DNA from: a candidate division WOR-3 bacterium
GTDB lineage: Bacteria > Hydrothermota > Tepidihabitantia > SM23-42 > CAYGYG01
Length of the DNA stretch: 49,868 nt
Direction of reading: 5' to 3'
Assembly: GCA_965648915.1 (NCBI GenBank)
Contig: CBFGIV010000014.1
Coordinates: 1 to 49,868 of the forward strand
Of this stretch, positions 1 to 10,988 are shown in pieces. Numbering within the stretch: the first letter of the stretch is position 1; each line of letters starts with the position of its first letter. A model generated the notes under the pieces. It had not been told where the DNA came from. It did not search any database and was given only the letters and a program-made list of their open reading frames with translations. A program made the position numbers and the translations under genes.

Positions 1-153
1 CTTTTCATAATATCCATAATACGGGGAATGCCCTCTTCTGTCAATATCCCTTTTAATATCCTTATCACCTGGTTACGATGTCTAGGTCTATCTACAAATT
101 TCTCTTGACATTTGAATTATTTTAAATTATACTGATTTTAACAAGGAGTTAAT

Positions 154-1203
154 ATGGTGAGTTTTTTCAAACTCGTCCTCATTTTTCAAATAGTTCCTTT
201 CCTTGTAAATGCCTCTCCCCAATCCAATCATTTTAAGCAGAAAAGATTATCCATTGTGCCCGCAATATCAATGATCGGCCGAAACTCAACCGAATCTTTT
301 ATGCCTGATTGGGCATATCTTGAGATTGCAGGATGGAAATATGAGACCGGTGGTGGAACCGAACATTATGACTGGGTATACGCATATTTTGATACCTCAG
401 GTGAACTTCTCTATGCCGGTGATGCCTCATTAGACGGGCAGAATATCCCCTGGTATCCATCAGATAGTGCTTACTATCTCGATTATTCCCAGGGCTTTCG
501 CTATCAAGTTGGTCATCTTTATAATGTGAGATTTACCGGAAGTAGCCGTGTTCCACCCTATTCAGATACAATTACCGCCAAGGGACCGGATATTAATATC
601 CTCTCGCCTCGACCGGGTGAAACTGTTGACCGTTCAAGGGGGCTGAGAATTGCCTGGCAACCCCGGGGCGATTCAACTACGATTGAACTATGGGACACCC
701 TCGGTTATTATCTCCAGTATACAATTCCGGACACCGGCTCTATATTTGTGCCTCCAGCCCAATTAGAATCACTCGCCCTGGGCGAGATCGACCTTACGGT
801 TTATAGAATAAATGTCCAATTCCGCTCCCCTGGTTATGACTTTATGATGGTCACTGGTATTGTCGATGAACTCCTCTTCAACCTGGCGGTTGGTATAGAA
901 GAATCGGTCAATCGTTATCGGTTCAGAAAAAACTTATCACTCACTGCTTATCCTCAGCCCGCATCTGATAAAGCCAGGGTCTGTTTTAGTGCTCCTGAAA
1001 ACGAGCAGGTGGCGGTTGATCTATTTGACCACAACGGCCGAAAGCTATGCACAGTATATGAAGGTATGTCAGCGAAAAATCAAACAGTGTTAACCCTGAA
1101 TTTGAGAGATCGACTTTATCAGAGATTGCCCTCCGGTGTCTATTTTCTGGGGTTAACCAATAAGAAGGATCGGGTTATTACTAAGTTTTTAATCCTGAAA
1201 TAG
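154..1203 (+). CDS. Secreted protein with C-terminal FlgD/T9SS-type sorting domain
   Basis: Signal peptide, AAGGAG RBS, VGIEE linker, and C-terminus YPQPASD...LPSGVYFL...KFLILK typical of this domain. Confidence 0.75.
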   Translation: MVSFFKLVLIFQIVPFLVNASPQSNHFKQKRLSIVPAISMIGRNSTESFMPDWAYLEIAGWKYETGGGTEHYDWVYAYFDTSGELLYAGDASLDGQNIPWYPSDSAYYLDYSQGFRYQVGHLYNVRFTGSSRVPPYSDTITAKGPDINILSPRPGETVDRSRGLRIAWQPRGDSTTIELWDTLGYYLQYTIPDTGSIFVPPAQLESLALGEIDLTVYRINVQFRSPGYDFMMVTGIVDELLFNLAVGIEESVNRYRFRKNLSLTAYPQPASDKARVCFSAPENEQVAVDLFDHNGRKLCTVYEGMSAKNQTVLTLNLRDRLYQRLPSGVYFLGLTNKKDRVITKFLILK

Positions 1204-1221
1204 AAAAGAAGCCAGTGCTTA

Positions 1222-2496
1222 TTAGCGTTTAAGGACCCGGTTAAATATCTTCGGGACCTCTTTGAACAGTTGCCTGAGGTTGAAGACTTCGCTGCGCTCA
1301 TCCGGGGTCAGCATTGAAGCAGCAATCTCTTCCAACTCTCGATCTTCGCGTAGTGCCCTGAAAGACATCTTCTGAACCATTTCATAAGCTCTTCTTGCCT
1401 CGATTCCTTTCTTAACCAGTTTCATCAAAAGTGCCTGAGAAAAGTAAACCCCTCTGCTCTTCTTCAAATTTTCCATCATCTTTTCTGGATAGACATCGAG
1501 ATTACTTATGATATTAATCAAGAGTTTGGTCATATAATGGACCAGGATGGTTGCATCGGGTAGAATTACTCTTTCAACTGAAGAATTAGAAATATCCCTT
1601 TCATGCCAGAGGGCAATGCTCTCGCTTGAGGGTATTAAATAGCCCCGGACAACGCGTGCCAGGCCGGTAATTCTCTCACAATTTATCGGATTCTTTTTGT
1701 GGGGCATTGCCGAAGAACCCTTTTGCTTCCGTCCAAATGGTTCAGCCACCTCGCCAATCTCTGAACGCTGGAGATTCCTAATCTCGGTTGCAATCCTTTC
1801 AAAACAACCTGCAATGATCGTCAGGACCGAAAGAAAATATGTATGGCGATCCCGGGGGATTACCTGGGTCGAGATCGGTTCGACCTTAAGCCCCAGTCTC
1901 TTTAAGACCATCTTTTCAACCTTCGGAGTGATATTGGCATAAATACCAACTGCTCCCGAGATCTTACCATAAGATATCTCATCGATCACAATTTTTAGGC
2001 GCTCGATGTTTCGAGTAATCTCTTCATACCAGGAGAGAAGTTTTATACCGAAAGTTATCGGCTGGGCAAACATCCCATGGGTCCGGCCAATCATCGGTGT
2101 CCACTTATATTTTATTGCCATCGACCTGAGTATCTTTTTGAGGCTCTTTAATGAATCGAGGATAATCAACCCGGCTTCGCGCAAAATTAGAGCCAGCGAT
2201 GTATCCACTAAGTCGTATGAGGTCATACCAAAATGGAGATATTTACCCTCTTTGCCCAGTTGTCTCCGGCAGAGATCGAGAAAGGCAATCACATCATGTT
2301 TGGTTTTCTCTTCAAGTCGATCCACGGCCCGGTGGTTGATTTTAATCCTGGGAATCTTTTTAGCCAGACCGCGGGGAATTATCTTCAGAGATTCCTGGAC
2401 CTCAGCCACCGCTTTTTCAACTTCAAGCCATTTCCGATATTTATTTTCTTCTGACCAGATCCTGCGTAATTCTTCTGTTGTATATCTCTCAATCAT
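1222..2496 (-). CDS. purB: Adenylosuccinate lyase
   Basis: MIERY start, HDVIAF, GRTHG, and fumarase-family signature GSSAMPHKKNP. Confidence 0.97.
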   Translation of the reverse strand: MIERYTTEELRRIWSEENKYRKWLEVEKAVAEVQESLKIIPRGLAKKIPRIKINHRAVDRLEEKTKHDVIAFLDLCRRQLGKEGKYLHFGMTSYDLVDTSLALILREAGLIILDSLKSLKKILRSMAIKYKWTPMIGRTHGMFAQPITFGIKLLSWYEEITRNIERLKIVIDEISYGKISGAVGIYANITPKVEKMVLKRLGLKVEPISTQVIPRDRHTYFLSVLTIIAGCFERIATEIRNLQRSEIGEVAEPFGRKQKGSSAMPHKKNPINCERITGLARVVRGYLIPSSESIALWHERDISNSSVERVILPDATILVHYMTKLLINIISNLDVYPEKMMENLKKSRGVYFSQALLMKLVKKGIEARRAYEMVQKMSFRALREDRELEEIAASMLTPDERSEVFNLRQLFKEVPKIFNRVLKR

Positions 2497-2500
2497 TCTA

Positions 2501-3985
2501 TTATATCCTTCCGATTATCTCAAGGATCATCCCTTTCCGGTCGATGATGATTGTAACATCACCTTGAAGATTAAATGTTATATTAAGAAAATCGGCAACA
2601 TCTCGAATTACAACACTGCCCCACTGAAGGATGATATCACCCGGTTTCAACCCGAGTTTTTCACCCAGACTACCCCGCTTGATCTCAACCACAACCACCC
2701 CTTTATTCCGCATCAGACCAAATCGCCTGATCGTTGCAAAATTTATATTCACAATTTTTATCCCAATAGCATCCAACCTTTTTGATGCAATCTCCTGTGA
2801 AAATTCTTCAACGACTAACTTCTTATAAACTGTTCCACCATCGTGTAATATCTTCAAAGATAATGAATCTCCAACCAGCAAATTATTCTCAATCCCTTCC
2901 CAGTCAGTTACTCGATTAATCATCTTACCCTGAGCCTCGACAATCTGATCTCCTGCCTTCAAACCGGCTCGCTGGGCCGGACTGCCTTCCTCAACATTGC
3001 TGATCAGGATACCTCGCTTTTCGATATTTAAGGCCTGGGCCAGATCATCGGTCAGGTCCTGCACCGCGATACCGAGCCAGATTTCACGTTTCCGACCAAA
3101 AACTTTAAGTTCAGCAATAATATGTTTAACGAGATTTATCGGCAGTGCAAAACCAACCCCTTCTGATCCTCCACCCGAGGAGAAGATAAAAGTATTTATT
3201 CCGATCACCTCACCCAGAACATTGACCAGTGGTCCACCGGAATTGCCTGGATTTATTGCCGCATCGGTCTGGATCATATCTTTGTAAATCCTCTCTTCTC
3301 TCGTTCTTAAACCTCGCGACTTTATCGAGCGATGGAGTGCACTGACGACGCCGACAGTCACAGTGGGATGGGTATCTTCAAGCAAAAAACCAAAGGGATT
3401 GCCTAAGGCAATGACCCATTCGCCAATAATCAATTCATCTGAATCACCTAAAGGTGCGTAAGGGAGATCTTTACCATCGATTTTGAGCAGGGCAACATCA
3501 TTAACTGCGTCAGTACCGATGACCCGTCCGTTAAACTGTCGGCCATCGGGCAGGGTAATCTTAATCTCGGTCGCATTGGTGATAACATGTTCATTGGTGA
3601 GAATATAACCATCCGGCGAAATAATCACACCCGAACCCAGACTCTGAATCTTCTCCTTATAGCGCCGGGGCGGAAAGAAATCACGAAAGAATTGATCAAA
3701 GAAATCATCGGCAAAAGGCGAGTAGAAAGGTTCGGTCGTCACGATTCTTGTCTGAATTACTGTTATGGAAACGACGGCCGGTCCAACTTTGTTGGCGGCA
3801 ATCACTATCGCATTCTTTCTCTGGTTCGAAACTTCTTCCTGAAGGCCAACCAATCTTATTTTATCTTGATCCGGAATCTCAGACCAGAAATAGGTCGGCC
3901 GCGGCTTTAGTCGCACATAGATACTGAAACCAGCGACACCGATCACAATCCCGAGGATGACAAAAAGAATATTCTTTAATCTCAT
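2501..3985 (-). CDS. degP: HtrA/DegP-family serine protease with two PDZ domains
   Basis: [26 protein letters not shown] and an N-terminal TM segment. Start moved to ATG 3985, which overlaps the upstream stop (ATGA). Confidence 0.92.
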   Translation of the reverse strand: MRLKNILFVILGIVIGVAGFSIYVRLKPRPTYFWSEIPDQDKIRLVGLQEEVSNQRKNAIVIAANKVGPAVVSITVIQTRIVTTEPFYSPFADDFFDQFFRDFFPPRRYKEKIQSLGSGVIISPDGYILTNEHVITNATEIKITLPDGRQFNGRVIGTDAVNDVALLKIDGKDLPYAPLGDSDELIIGEWVIALGNPFGFLLEDTHPTVTVGVVSALHRSIKSRGLRTREERIYKDMIQTDAAINPGNSGGPLVNVLGEVIGINTFIFSSGGGSEGVGFALPINLVKHIIAELKVFGRKREIWLGIAVQDLTDDLAQALNIEKRGILISNVEEGSPAQRAGLKAGDQIVEAQGKMINRVTDWEGIENNLLVGDSLSLKILHDGGTVYKKLVVEEFSQEIASKRLDAIGIKIVNINFATIRRFGLMRNKGVVVVEIKRGSLGEKLGLKPGDIILQWGSVVIRDVADFLNITFNLQGDVTIIIDRKGMILEIIGRI

Positions 3986-4620
3986 CTCTTCTGCCAATCT
4001 TTTAAGAACCTTTCGATCCCGATATCCGTGAGGGAGTGTCGGATGAGCTGGACAAAAACATTATACGGTATGGTGCAGATATCCACACCCAGCAGGGCTG
4101 CTTCCCGGACATGGTCAGGGTGGCGAACCGAGGCAAAAATAATTTTGGTAGGAAAGTTGTAATTCTTTAAGACCGTGACGATCTCTTTGACAATAGCGAC
4201 CCCTTTATGGCCAATATCATCAAGCCGGCCGACAAAAGGACTGATATAAGTTGCACCCGCCCTGGCGGCGAGGAGCGCCTGATTGGGTGAGAAGACCAGG
4301 GTCATATTTACCTTAACCCCTTCTTTCACAAGGATCCGCGTTGCCTTGAGCCCTTCAACCGTGCAGGGGATCTTAATAACGATATATTCACTGATCTTAG
4401 CAAGTTCTCGCGCCTCATTAACCATCTTCTCGCTTTCAAGGCTTAAAACTTCAGCGCTAACCGGGCCTTTGACAATATCGCATATCTCTTTTAGGATCTT
4501 TTTATAGTCGCCCTTCTCTTTTGCCATCAACGAGGGGTTGGTCGTGACCCCATCAAGGATACCCCAGGCTGCAATTTCACGAATCTGTTCAATATTTGCT
4601 GTATCTAAATAAAGATGCAT
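3982..4620 (-). CDS. tal: Transaldolase / fructose-6-phosphate aldolase family
   Basis: [18 protein letters not shown] (Schiff-base Lys), [16 protein letters not shown]. Confidence 0.93.
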   Translation of the reverse strand: MHLYLDTANIEQIREIAAWGILDGVTTNPSLMAKEKGDYKKILKEICDIVKGPVSAEVLSLESEKMVNEARELAKISEYIVIKIPCTVEGLKATRILVKEGVKVNMTLVFSPNQALLAARAGATYISPFVGRLDDIGHKGVAIVKEIVTVLKNYNFPTKIIFASVRHPDHVREAALLGVDICTIPYNVFVQLIRHSLTDIGIERFLKDWQKR

Positions 4621-4745
4621 AAAAACTCCTCAAATAAAAATTCCTGGACACTTAGGATGCCAGATACCTGATCAGCAGAATCGTCGATACCAATCCCGTG
4701 CCTGAATAATTTGAAGAGCAAAAACCTTTCGCTATATTCAATAAT

Positions 4746-4773
4746 ATTATACAAAATTTAGCAGGATATTCAA
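4746..4773 (-). promoter_or_regulatory. Sigma70-type promoter for the tal-degP-purB operon
   Basis: TTGAAT-N16-TATAAT on the minus strand. Confidence 0.6.
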
Positions 4774-4796
4774 CTGGTTTTTTTTAATTATTTGGT

Positions 4797-5918
4797 TTAA
4801 TGTCCCAGACCATCAAGTGCCTGACTTATCTCTCTCTTGACCAGTTCATCCTGCTCACTTGTGAGTGCCTTTTCCAAGCTTCGCTTCCCCCGCCTGTCTC
4901 CCAGTTGACCGACCGCCCAGGCGGCATGGCCACGTATCATCGGTTCTCTATCAAAAAGGTGTTCAACAAGAATGTCCAGCGAACCCGGATCTCCAATATT
5001 ACCTAAGGCAACAATCGCATTACGTCTTATCGCATCAAATTTTATCCATTTTGCTCCCATCTGATTCTGCTTGAACCGTTTACGATATTCTACTTCGGTC
5101 ATCTTTAAGAGTGGAATTAATGGAAAAGAAGGGCCTGCCCTACCATAAACAAGTATACGCTCTTTAGGGTGAACTTTTTTATTTCTCGGACAAACCTCCT
5201 GACAGGTTGTGCAACCATAAAGTCGCTTGCCCCACAATTTTCGATAAGATTCGGGTAGAAATCCACTCCAGTTGGTGAGATATTGAAAACATCTTTCCCG
5301 GGCAAGAATATAAGGAGTGACAATAGCGCCGGTTGGGCACCTCTCAATACAGAGGCGACAGGAACCACAACTATCGCCAATTGACCCCTGCGGTTCAATC
5401 TCGAGATCAGTAATGATTTCGCCCAGGACAATATAAGAACCAAATTCCCGACTCAGAATTATCCCGTGCTTTCCATAAAAACCAAGCCCGGAACGCTCGG
5501 CCATCGGCTTTTCGGCAACCGGACCACAGGCATATGTTCGATATGTGCCCCCAAAAATTTTTTTCAATGATCGGGCCAGCTTCTCCAATTTTTTCTTCAG
5601 ATCCAGATAATAGTTGCGCCAGGTATACCGGGCGATCAGTCCGTGCGGCTCGCCGGGTTTTGACATATCTTCGGGTTCCGAAGTCAGATAGCATTCAGCA
5701 CCAACAATTATCGATCTCGCGGTGGTCAAGACATTTCTGGGATTAAAGAAAGATTCGAGGTCAGGCATCTGCCGAAACTGGGTTTCAAAAATAATTTTGC
5801 TTTTAACCCGCCCTTTGACCCTTTGTGCCTGCTCGATAAACGGCTCGGCCGTTGTAATTCTGAGAATATCAATATCAAATCGGGCAGCAAGTTCCTCGGG
5901 ATCTAATTTTATGATCAT
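4797..5918 (-). CDS. queG: tRNA epoxyqueuosine(34) reductase with C-terminal HEAT repeats
   Basis: ARYTWRNYY, GLGFYGKH, GSYIVLGE, CGSCRLCIERCPTGA, LYGCTTCQEVCP, RRNAIVALGN. Confidence 0.9.
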   Translation of the reverse strand: MIIKLDPEELAARFDIDILRITTAEPFIEQAQRVKGRVKSKIIFETQFRQMPDLESFFNPRNVLTTARSIIVGAECYLTSEPEDMSKPGEPHGLIARYTWRNYYLDLKKKLEKLARSLKKIFGGTYRTYACGPVAEKPMAERSGLGFYGKHGIILSREFGSYIVLGEIITDLEIEPQGSIGDSCGSCRLCIERCPTGAIVTPYILARERCFQYLTNWSGFLPESYRKLWGKRLYGCTTCQEVCPRNKKVHPKERILVYGRAGPSFPLIPLLKMTEVEYRKRFKQNQMGAKWIKFDAIRRNAIVALGNIGDPGSLDILVEHLFDREPMIRGHAAWAVGQLGDRRGKRSLEKALTSEQDELVKREISQALDGLGH

Positions 5919-8528
5919 CTACCAGAGCGCCCCTATGTCAGAAAGTTGAAGATAATATGAAAATTGCCCGTCCCGGTTAAGCGCAACACCAAAGATTTGA
6001 GCCATTTTTATAAATCCCATATAAATACCGAACTCCAGTTTCAATTCGGCGCCGACCGAATAATTATATTCCCCTTCTTTCGAGTGGCAGTAATCGGTAA
6101 AGACTGATCCACATAGATCTTCAAGGTAGAGATTGGGATTCCAGATACATCTCCTGATTCTGAATAGAGGATGACCATACTCAAGGGTTAATGTGGCACC
6201 AGTTTTGGTCAGAACCTTTGCCCCCCGGATCCTTGCCCATACTGAATCAGGGTTTTCCGGATCATTAAACCCACCAAGCCGGAATCGGACCTCACCACCT
6301 GTTAGATAATTATGGTTGATGATGTCCAGAAACTGCCCGACCCGATCGATCTCGGAGCCTAAATTCTTCTGCTCGATTGTAAACCTGGTATTGATACCAA
6401 TGTTGTTATATGGGAAGTTAAATCCACAGCCAAGATACGGGGTAATCCCTTTGCGCTCAAAACCACTCTCCCAGGCAGCCAGATCCATCCCGATCCCCAA
6501 GAATGACAATCCCTGATTCAGACGATAAATTAGAGGCAAACCAAGGTTTACATCTGCATAACCGGGATACAACAGAAAACGGGTCTGAAGCGGAAGGAAG
6601 AAAAGGGACTGGAAGTATGTGCTCAGGATGAGATCATCTTTTAACCAGTCATAAGCAAAGAAAGTCAAAGCTATGTTCTCGTTCAAGGCATCGGTATTGA
6701 GAAGGAGCCCCCCAAGATAGAACGATTTCTCACGACCAAAGATCACCGGGATATGGACATCAGGATCAAGAAATGTCTTGACCACATCAAAATAATTGCC
6801 GTGTTTCACCTTCAGATCGAGCCGGTCAAAATCGGGTTTCGTTGAAGGCTTCCATTGTTCAATTTCATAACTTCTTAAAACAGCATCCTTTTCATAGATG
6901 TCAAATCCTTCAGGATTGATGCCAATAAAATATAATTTATTATCGACAACCGTGCCCGACCAGGCAAAACCTTTCTCGGTCAATCGTGCAAGTTTATTCG
7001 ATTTTAAATCAATACAGTAGATGCTATAGATACCGTTGTAGTTAGCGGTAAAGCAAAGGTTATCACCTTCAAGTCTCATATCGGTCTCACTCCAGGGGGT
7101 AGAAAATAATAGTTCCAATCTTTTCTCTGCAAGATTTAATCTGTATAAATCCCAGTTCTCAAAATCCTTTTTTGCCGAGACAACCACCCGGTCCCTATTA
7201 ACTTCGATCTCTCCGATAAGATAATCTGTTTCCCATAATTTTTCCCTTCGACCACTGCGGAAACGCCAGATCTCAGAACCAAATTGATGTGGTCGATCTT
7301 TACTATAGATAATCGAGCCATCGGATAATGGTGCAAAGGCCCGGAGTTCATCTGTCAGGAGCATATCGGTCTTACCATTTGCGAGGTTCCGTCGATAAAG
7401 GTTTGATTCGAAACCGCAGCCTATTTGAGCAAGGTTGGCATAGCCGTATCTCAGTTCCCGTGTTGTATAATAAAGCCACCCATCCCTGATTTTTAAAGGC
7501 GTCGATACTGAACTGGTTAGATCGGCAACCACCTTTTCTTTTCCTGTTTTCAGATCGTATGCAACAATTTTCGAAAAGTAAAAGATTGATCGCGCATCGG
7601 TCTTTTTCGGGTATTCTCTTACATAGTAAAGATGCTTACCATCAGAAAGCAGATATCGGCAGTACCAGCCTCTTCGGGTCAACTGCCTCCCCTCAATCTT
7701 CCAGCCCTGATAGCGCATAATTTCATATTTTTCCCACTCGTTAAAGAGGGTAACCATACTCCTTCCATAAACAAGATACGAGGCCGCATCGATACCAGTG
7801 ATCGGAAAGAGAACAGCGAGATGTGGAGCCATACAGCAGGAACCATAGGTTTTAAAAAACTGAGCAAATTTATCCTCGCCATACTTAAGGGCAAGATATT
7901 CAAAAAATCCACCACCGAAGAGATAACTGCCTGCATAATAAGGAAACTCAAGCGGTGTGTAAGTAGCCTTGCCCAGCGAAGGCAACTTACCCTGATCTGC
8001 ACAACAGGCAATATAGGCATCAAAAAAACCGTCGTTCAACCTTCCCTCATAAGGTGATAGTTGGGATTCGGTATAGACCGTTATACCCTCTATGACCCAG
8101 CCCGGAGAATAGCTATTGGGCTGAAAGATTGTCCCGAAGGTCTGACTCAAAAATCTCATCACCCCGGCCGTTTTTCTCATATGGGCCAAATGGGTATATT
8201 CATGAATACCAACTGCCCGGTACCAGTTTTCGGTCATATCGAGTTCACCCCCGGCTGGTGGATAGATGAAGAGATGGATGTCCCTGAAGACCGGATTAGC
8301 AAATCCATTAGCCATTGTTCCAATATCTTCAATCACAATTGCCGTCCTACCTGGTCTATTGCCCGTAAGATCGACAACCTTTTCACGATAATATTCGAGA
8401 TTTTGTAATGCCTGCCAGGCCTCCCACTCATAACCAGTTTTATAAAAAACTGTAAAATTCTCAGTCTTTAAGGTCTTCCAGTTAAACCAGTTCAGGATTG
8501 CGATTGAAATGAAAAGGATCATCGTCAC
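5919..8528 (-). CDS. Putative outer-membrane protein: HExxH metallopeptidase domain, TolB-like propeller and probable C-terminal beta-barrel
   Basis: HEYTH plus WVIEG gluzincin-like motif, WD40/TolB-like repeats, and amphipathic beta-strands ending in W. Confidence 0.6.
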   Translation of the reverse strand: MTMILFISIAILNWFNWKTLKTENFTVFYKTGYEWEAWQALQNLEYYREKVVDLTGNRPGRTAIVIEDIGTMANGFANPVFRDIHLFIYPPAGGELDMTENWYRAVGIHEYTHLAHMRKTAGVMRFLSQTFGTIFQPNSYSPGWVIEGITVYTESQLSPYEGRLNDGFFDAYIACCADQGKLPSLGKATYTPLEFPYYAGSYLFGGGFFEYLALKYGEDKFAQFFKTYGSCCMAPHLAVLFPITGIDAASYLVYGRSMVTLFNEWEKYEIMRYQGWKIEGRQLTRRGWYCRYLLSDGKHLYYVREYPKKTDARSIFYFSKIVAYDLKTGKEKVVADLTSSVSTPLKIRDGWLYYTTRELRYGYANLAQIGCGFESNLYRRNLANGKTDMLLTDELRAFAPLSDGSIIYSKDRPHQFGSEIWRFRSGRREKLWETDYLIGEIEVNRDRVVVSAKKDFENWDLYRLNLAEKRLELLFSTPWSETDMRLEGDNLCFTANYNGIYSIYCIDLKSNKLARLTEKGFAWSGTVVDNKLYFIGINPEGFDIYEKDAVLRSYEIEQWKPSTKPDFDRLDLKVKHGNYFDVVKTFLDPDVHIPVIFGREKSFYLGGLLLNTDALNENIALTFFAYDWLKDDLILSTYFQSLFFLPLQTRFLLYPGYADVNLGLPLIYRLNQGLSFLGIGMDLAAWESGFERKGITPYLGCGFNFPYNNIGINTRFTIEQKNLGSEIDRVGQFLDIINHNYLTGGEVRFRLGGFNDPENPDSVWARIRGAKVLTKTGATLTLEYGHPLFRIRRCIWNPNLYLEDLCGSVFTDYCHSKEGEYNYSVGAELKLEFGIYMGFIKMAQIFGVALNRDGQFSYYLQLSDIGALW

Positions 8529-8641
8529 TCCGTATCACAGATCTTAAAATCAACTTTTCTCTTAACCAAAAAACTGAAATCGTAATCATATCATCATAAT
8601 CTAAATAAGTAAGGGCGTCAAGGAAATAAAAAAGATTAAGA

Positions 8642-8669
8642 TTGACAAAACAGAAAAATATTATAAAAT
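8642..8669 (+). promoter_or_regulatory. Sigma70-type promoter for tRNA-Ala and pdaD
   Basis: TTGACA-N16-TAAAAT, 10 nt upstream of the tRNA. Confidence 0.7.
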
Positions 8670-8679
8670 GGAGACTGCC

Positions 8680-8752
8680 GGGGCAGTAGCTCAGTTGGGA
8701 GAGCGTCTCGTTCGCAGCGAGAAGGTCGCCAGTTCAAATCTGGTCTGCTCCA
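8680..8752 (+). tRNA. tRNA-Ala (anticodon CGC), CCA not encoded
   Basis: Acceptor stem GGGGCAG/CTGCTCC with G3:U70 and discriminator A, D-arm GCTCAGTTGGGAGAGC, anticodon arm TCTCG-TTCGCAG-CGAGA, T-loop TTCAAAT. Confidence 0.96.
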
Positions 8753-8770
8753 ATTTGATCAGGAGTAAAA

Positions 8771-9316
8771 ATGATCATTCCCAAGAGATTATTTTTAACT
8801 AAAGGTGTTGGTAAACATAAGGAGAAACTGGCAAGTTTTGAGGCCGCACTGCGCGATGCCGGAATTGCCCCTTTCAACATCGTCCGGGTTTCAAGCATCT
8901 TACCACCGAATTGTAAGATTGTCTCCCGGACCAAAGGTCTGCAATATCTCTCACCGGGGGAGGTCGTCTTTTGTGTAATGGCAGAAAGTTCGACCAACGA
9001 ACCGCACCGTTTGATTGCTGCCTCGATCGGTGTTGCCCGCCCCAGAGATAAGAATCTTTTCGGTTATTTATCTGAGTACCATTCCTACGGCGAGACCGAG
9101 CCAAGAGCCAGTGATAGGGCTGAAGATCTTGCTGCTCAGATGTTAGCAACAACCCTTGGTGTTATCTTCGATCCGGATACGAGTTACGACGAACGCAAAG
9201 AGATCTGGAAGATCTCCGGCAAGATATTTAAGACCACAAATATTACCCAGACCGCGATTGGAGATAAGCACGGACTCTGGACCACTGTGATCGCCGTAGC
9301 GGTTATGGTTCCTTAA
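8771..9316 (+). CDS. pdaD: Pyruvoyl-dependent arginine decarboxylase
   Basis: SFEAALRDAGIAPFNIVRVSSILPP (Ser-Ser autocleavage site), GYLSEYH, WTTVIA. Confidence 0.92.
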   Translation: MIIPKRLFLTKGVGKHKEKLASFEAALRDAGIAPFNIVRVSSILPPNCKIVSRTKGLQYLSPGEVVFCVMAESSTNEPHRLIAASIGVARPRDKNLFGYLSEYHSYGETEPRASDRAEDLAAQMLATTLGVIFDPDTSYDERKEIWKISGKIFKTTNITQTAIGDKHGLWTTVIAVAVMVP

Positions 9317-9321
9317 AACAG

Positions 9322-10920
9322 TCAGTTAATAACGATGACCTTTTGTCGAGTCTGCCAATCGCCAATAATTAATTCGCAGAAATAAACCCCGCTGGCGACC
9401 CTCTGACCGGTATCATCACGACCATCCCAGGTGACGGCAGTCGGGGACTGACGGCGGTGAGCAGCAATGGCGCAAGATTTCACCAATCGTCCTGTCCGAT
9501 CGTAAATCTTTAATAGAATCTCTTGCTCAGACTTAACTGTCTGTAACTGGACATCGGTTATCTCAATTCTTGTAAGGTCACTCATCGGATTTGGCGAAAT
9601 CTTTAAACCCGTTCTGGTCTTAACCAGAAGGCTCCTCTCCTCTATATTCGTCCCCGGCAGGGGCCTGCGCGAAAAATATATGTCGGGTGCGGTAGAACTA
9701 TTCCTTGTATCACACCATGCAGCATAAACATAAAACGAATCTGTGTAAAGTCCGATATAATCTCCGCAAAAGGCATTCATAACAAATGAGGTATCGGTTA
9801 TACGTTCATTCCTGGCCCAAGTCACTCCTCTATTAGATGAGTAGGCATAATAAACATCGTATCGATTACTACCGGGTTGATGACGTCGGCCATCATACCA
9901 GATTGCATGAAGCCACCCACGATAATCAACCGCCATCCAGGGCATAAATTGTTGCATCGTATCCCGGGTTGATGTTGAATCATCATTGATTTTGATCCGC
10001 GCCAGCCAAGATTGCCCACCATTGGTCGAACGGCAGAAATAAATGTTGAGATTGATTCTATCAGTTGAACTGCGTGCCGGTCCGTCATTGAAGACTGTAT
10101 AGACATCCTGAGGAAATGTTGGACTCGATTCAAGAGGCGGAAGGGTGAATAGTCTTGGATTACCGGAGGTTTGGCGAAATTTTGTATTCGTTACAAGAAT
10201 GTCAGTAAAGGTTGAACCGCCATCCGTGGAACGAGCACAATAGATGCCGTTGACCGTATCAATGCCTGAACGGGTATCACAACCCCAGCTGACCAAAACT
10301 GTTCCATCAGCGAGTTCCCTCGGTATCGGTCCCCACCGTGCCGCCCCGCTCGTCGCATTATCAACCCTGACAACCGGGCCAAAGGTTACGCCTCGATTGG
10401 TTGATTTAGTAAGATAGATATGACGTACCGGATCCGGACCTAAATCCCAGACTACATATACATTTTTACCTTTGACACCAACCCAGGATTTATCAATTGC
10501 GGTTATGCCCGGACTCACGTACTGGGTAGGAAGCCAGGATGTTCCAAAGTTTGTTGAGCGGGTGAGAAATACCTTATTCCGACCAAAATCACAACAGCAT
10601 AGAAACAGGTTGCCGGTATCATCAACTGCTACCGAAGGATCACCCATATAGGTGCTAACCGAATCCTGAGGCATCTGAAAGTTTGGTTCCCAGTTTAACC
10701 CGCCGTTAGTCGAACGGGCAAAAAAGGCATGGACAGTAGGTATTCGATAATCATTAAAGTAAGCGAACACATAGTTCTTCCAGACAGCGATACATACTTC
10801 GTTTTGATTTGCACTCGCTGGATTGTCGCTCACCTGGACATTGGGTATCCAGGGAGGATCGGCCACTACTAAAGTCAGTGACAGTAACATCCCGGCGATT
10901 TTCGCAAAACATCTATTCAT
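9322..10920 (-). CDS. Secreted Asp-box (BNR)/sialidase-like propeller protein with FlgD/T9SS-type C-terminal domain
   Basis: Repeated RSTNGGxxW/F Asp boxes, GDYIGL, and WDGRDDTGQRVASGVYF C-terminus. Confidence 0.8.
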   Translation of the reverse strand: MNRCFAKIAGMLLSLTLVVADPPWIPNVQVSDNPASANQNEVCIAVWKNYVFAYFNDYRIPTVHAFFARSTNGGLNWEPNFQMPQDSVSTYMGDPSVAVDDTGNLFLCCCDFGRNKVFLTRSTNFGTSWLPTQYVSPGITAIDKSWVGVKGKNVYVVWDLGPDPVRHIYLTKSTNRGVTFGPVVRVDNATSGAARWGPIPRELADGTVLVSWGCDTRSGIDTVNGIYCARSTDGGSTFTDILVTNTKFRQTSGNPRLFTLPPLESSPTFPQDVYTVFNDGPARSSTDRINLNIYFCRSTNGGQSWLARIKINDDSTSTRDTMQQFMPWMAVDYRGWLHAIWYDGRRHQPGSNRYDVYYAYSSNRGVTWARNERITDTSFVMNAFCGDYIGLYTDSFYVYAAWCDTRNSSTAPDIYFSRRPLPGTNIEERSLLVKTRTGLKISPNPMSDLTRIEITDVQLQTVKSEQEILLKIYDRTGRLVKSCAIAAHRRQSPTAVTWDGRDDTGQRVASGVYFCELIIGDWQTRQKVIVIN

Positions 10921-10988
10921 TCTACACCTCCATCTGCTTTTCCATCTTTTGTTGAAAATTATTAAAAACGCTCGTAATTACTACTTTT

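Noticed and set aside
2006..2785. 259-aa plus-strand ORF and the many similar ORFs antisense to or nested in genes
   Set aside because: They are shadows of well-supported genes (purB, degP and others), with no RBS or recognisable motifs.
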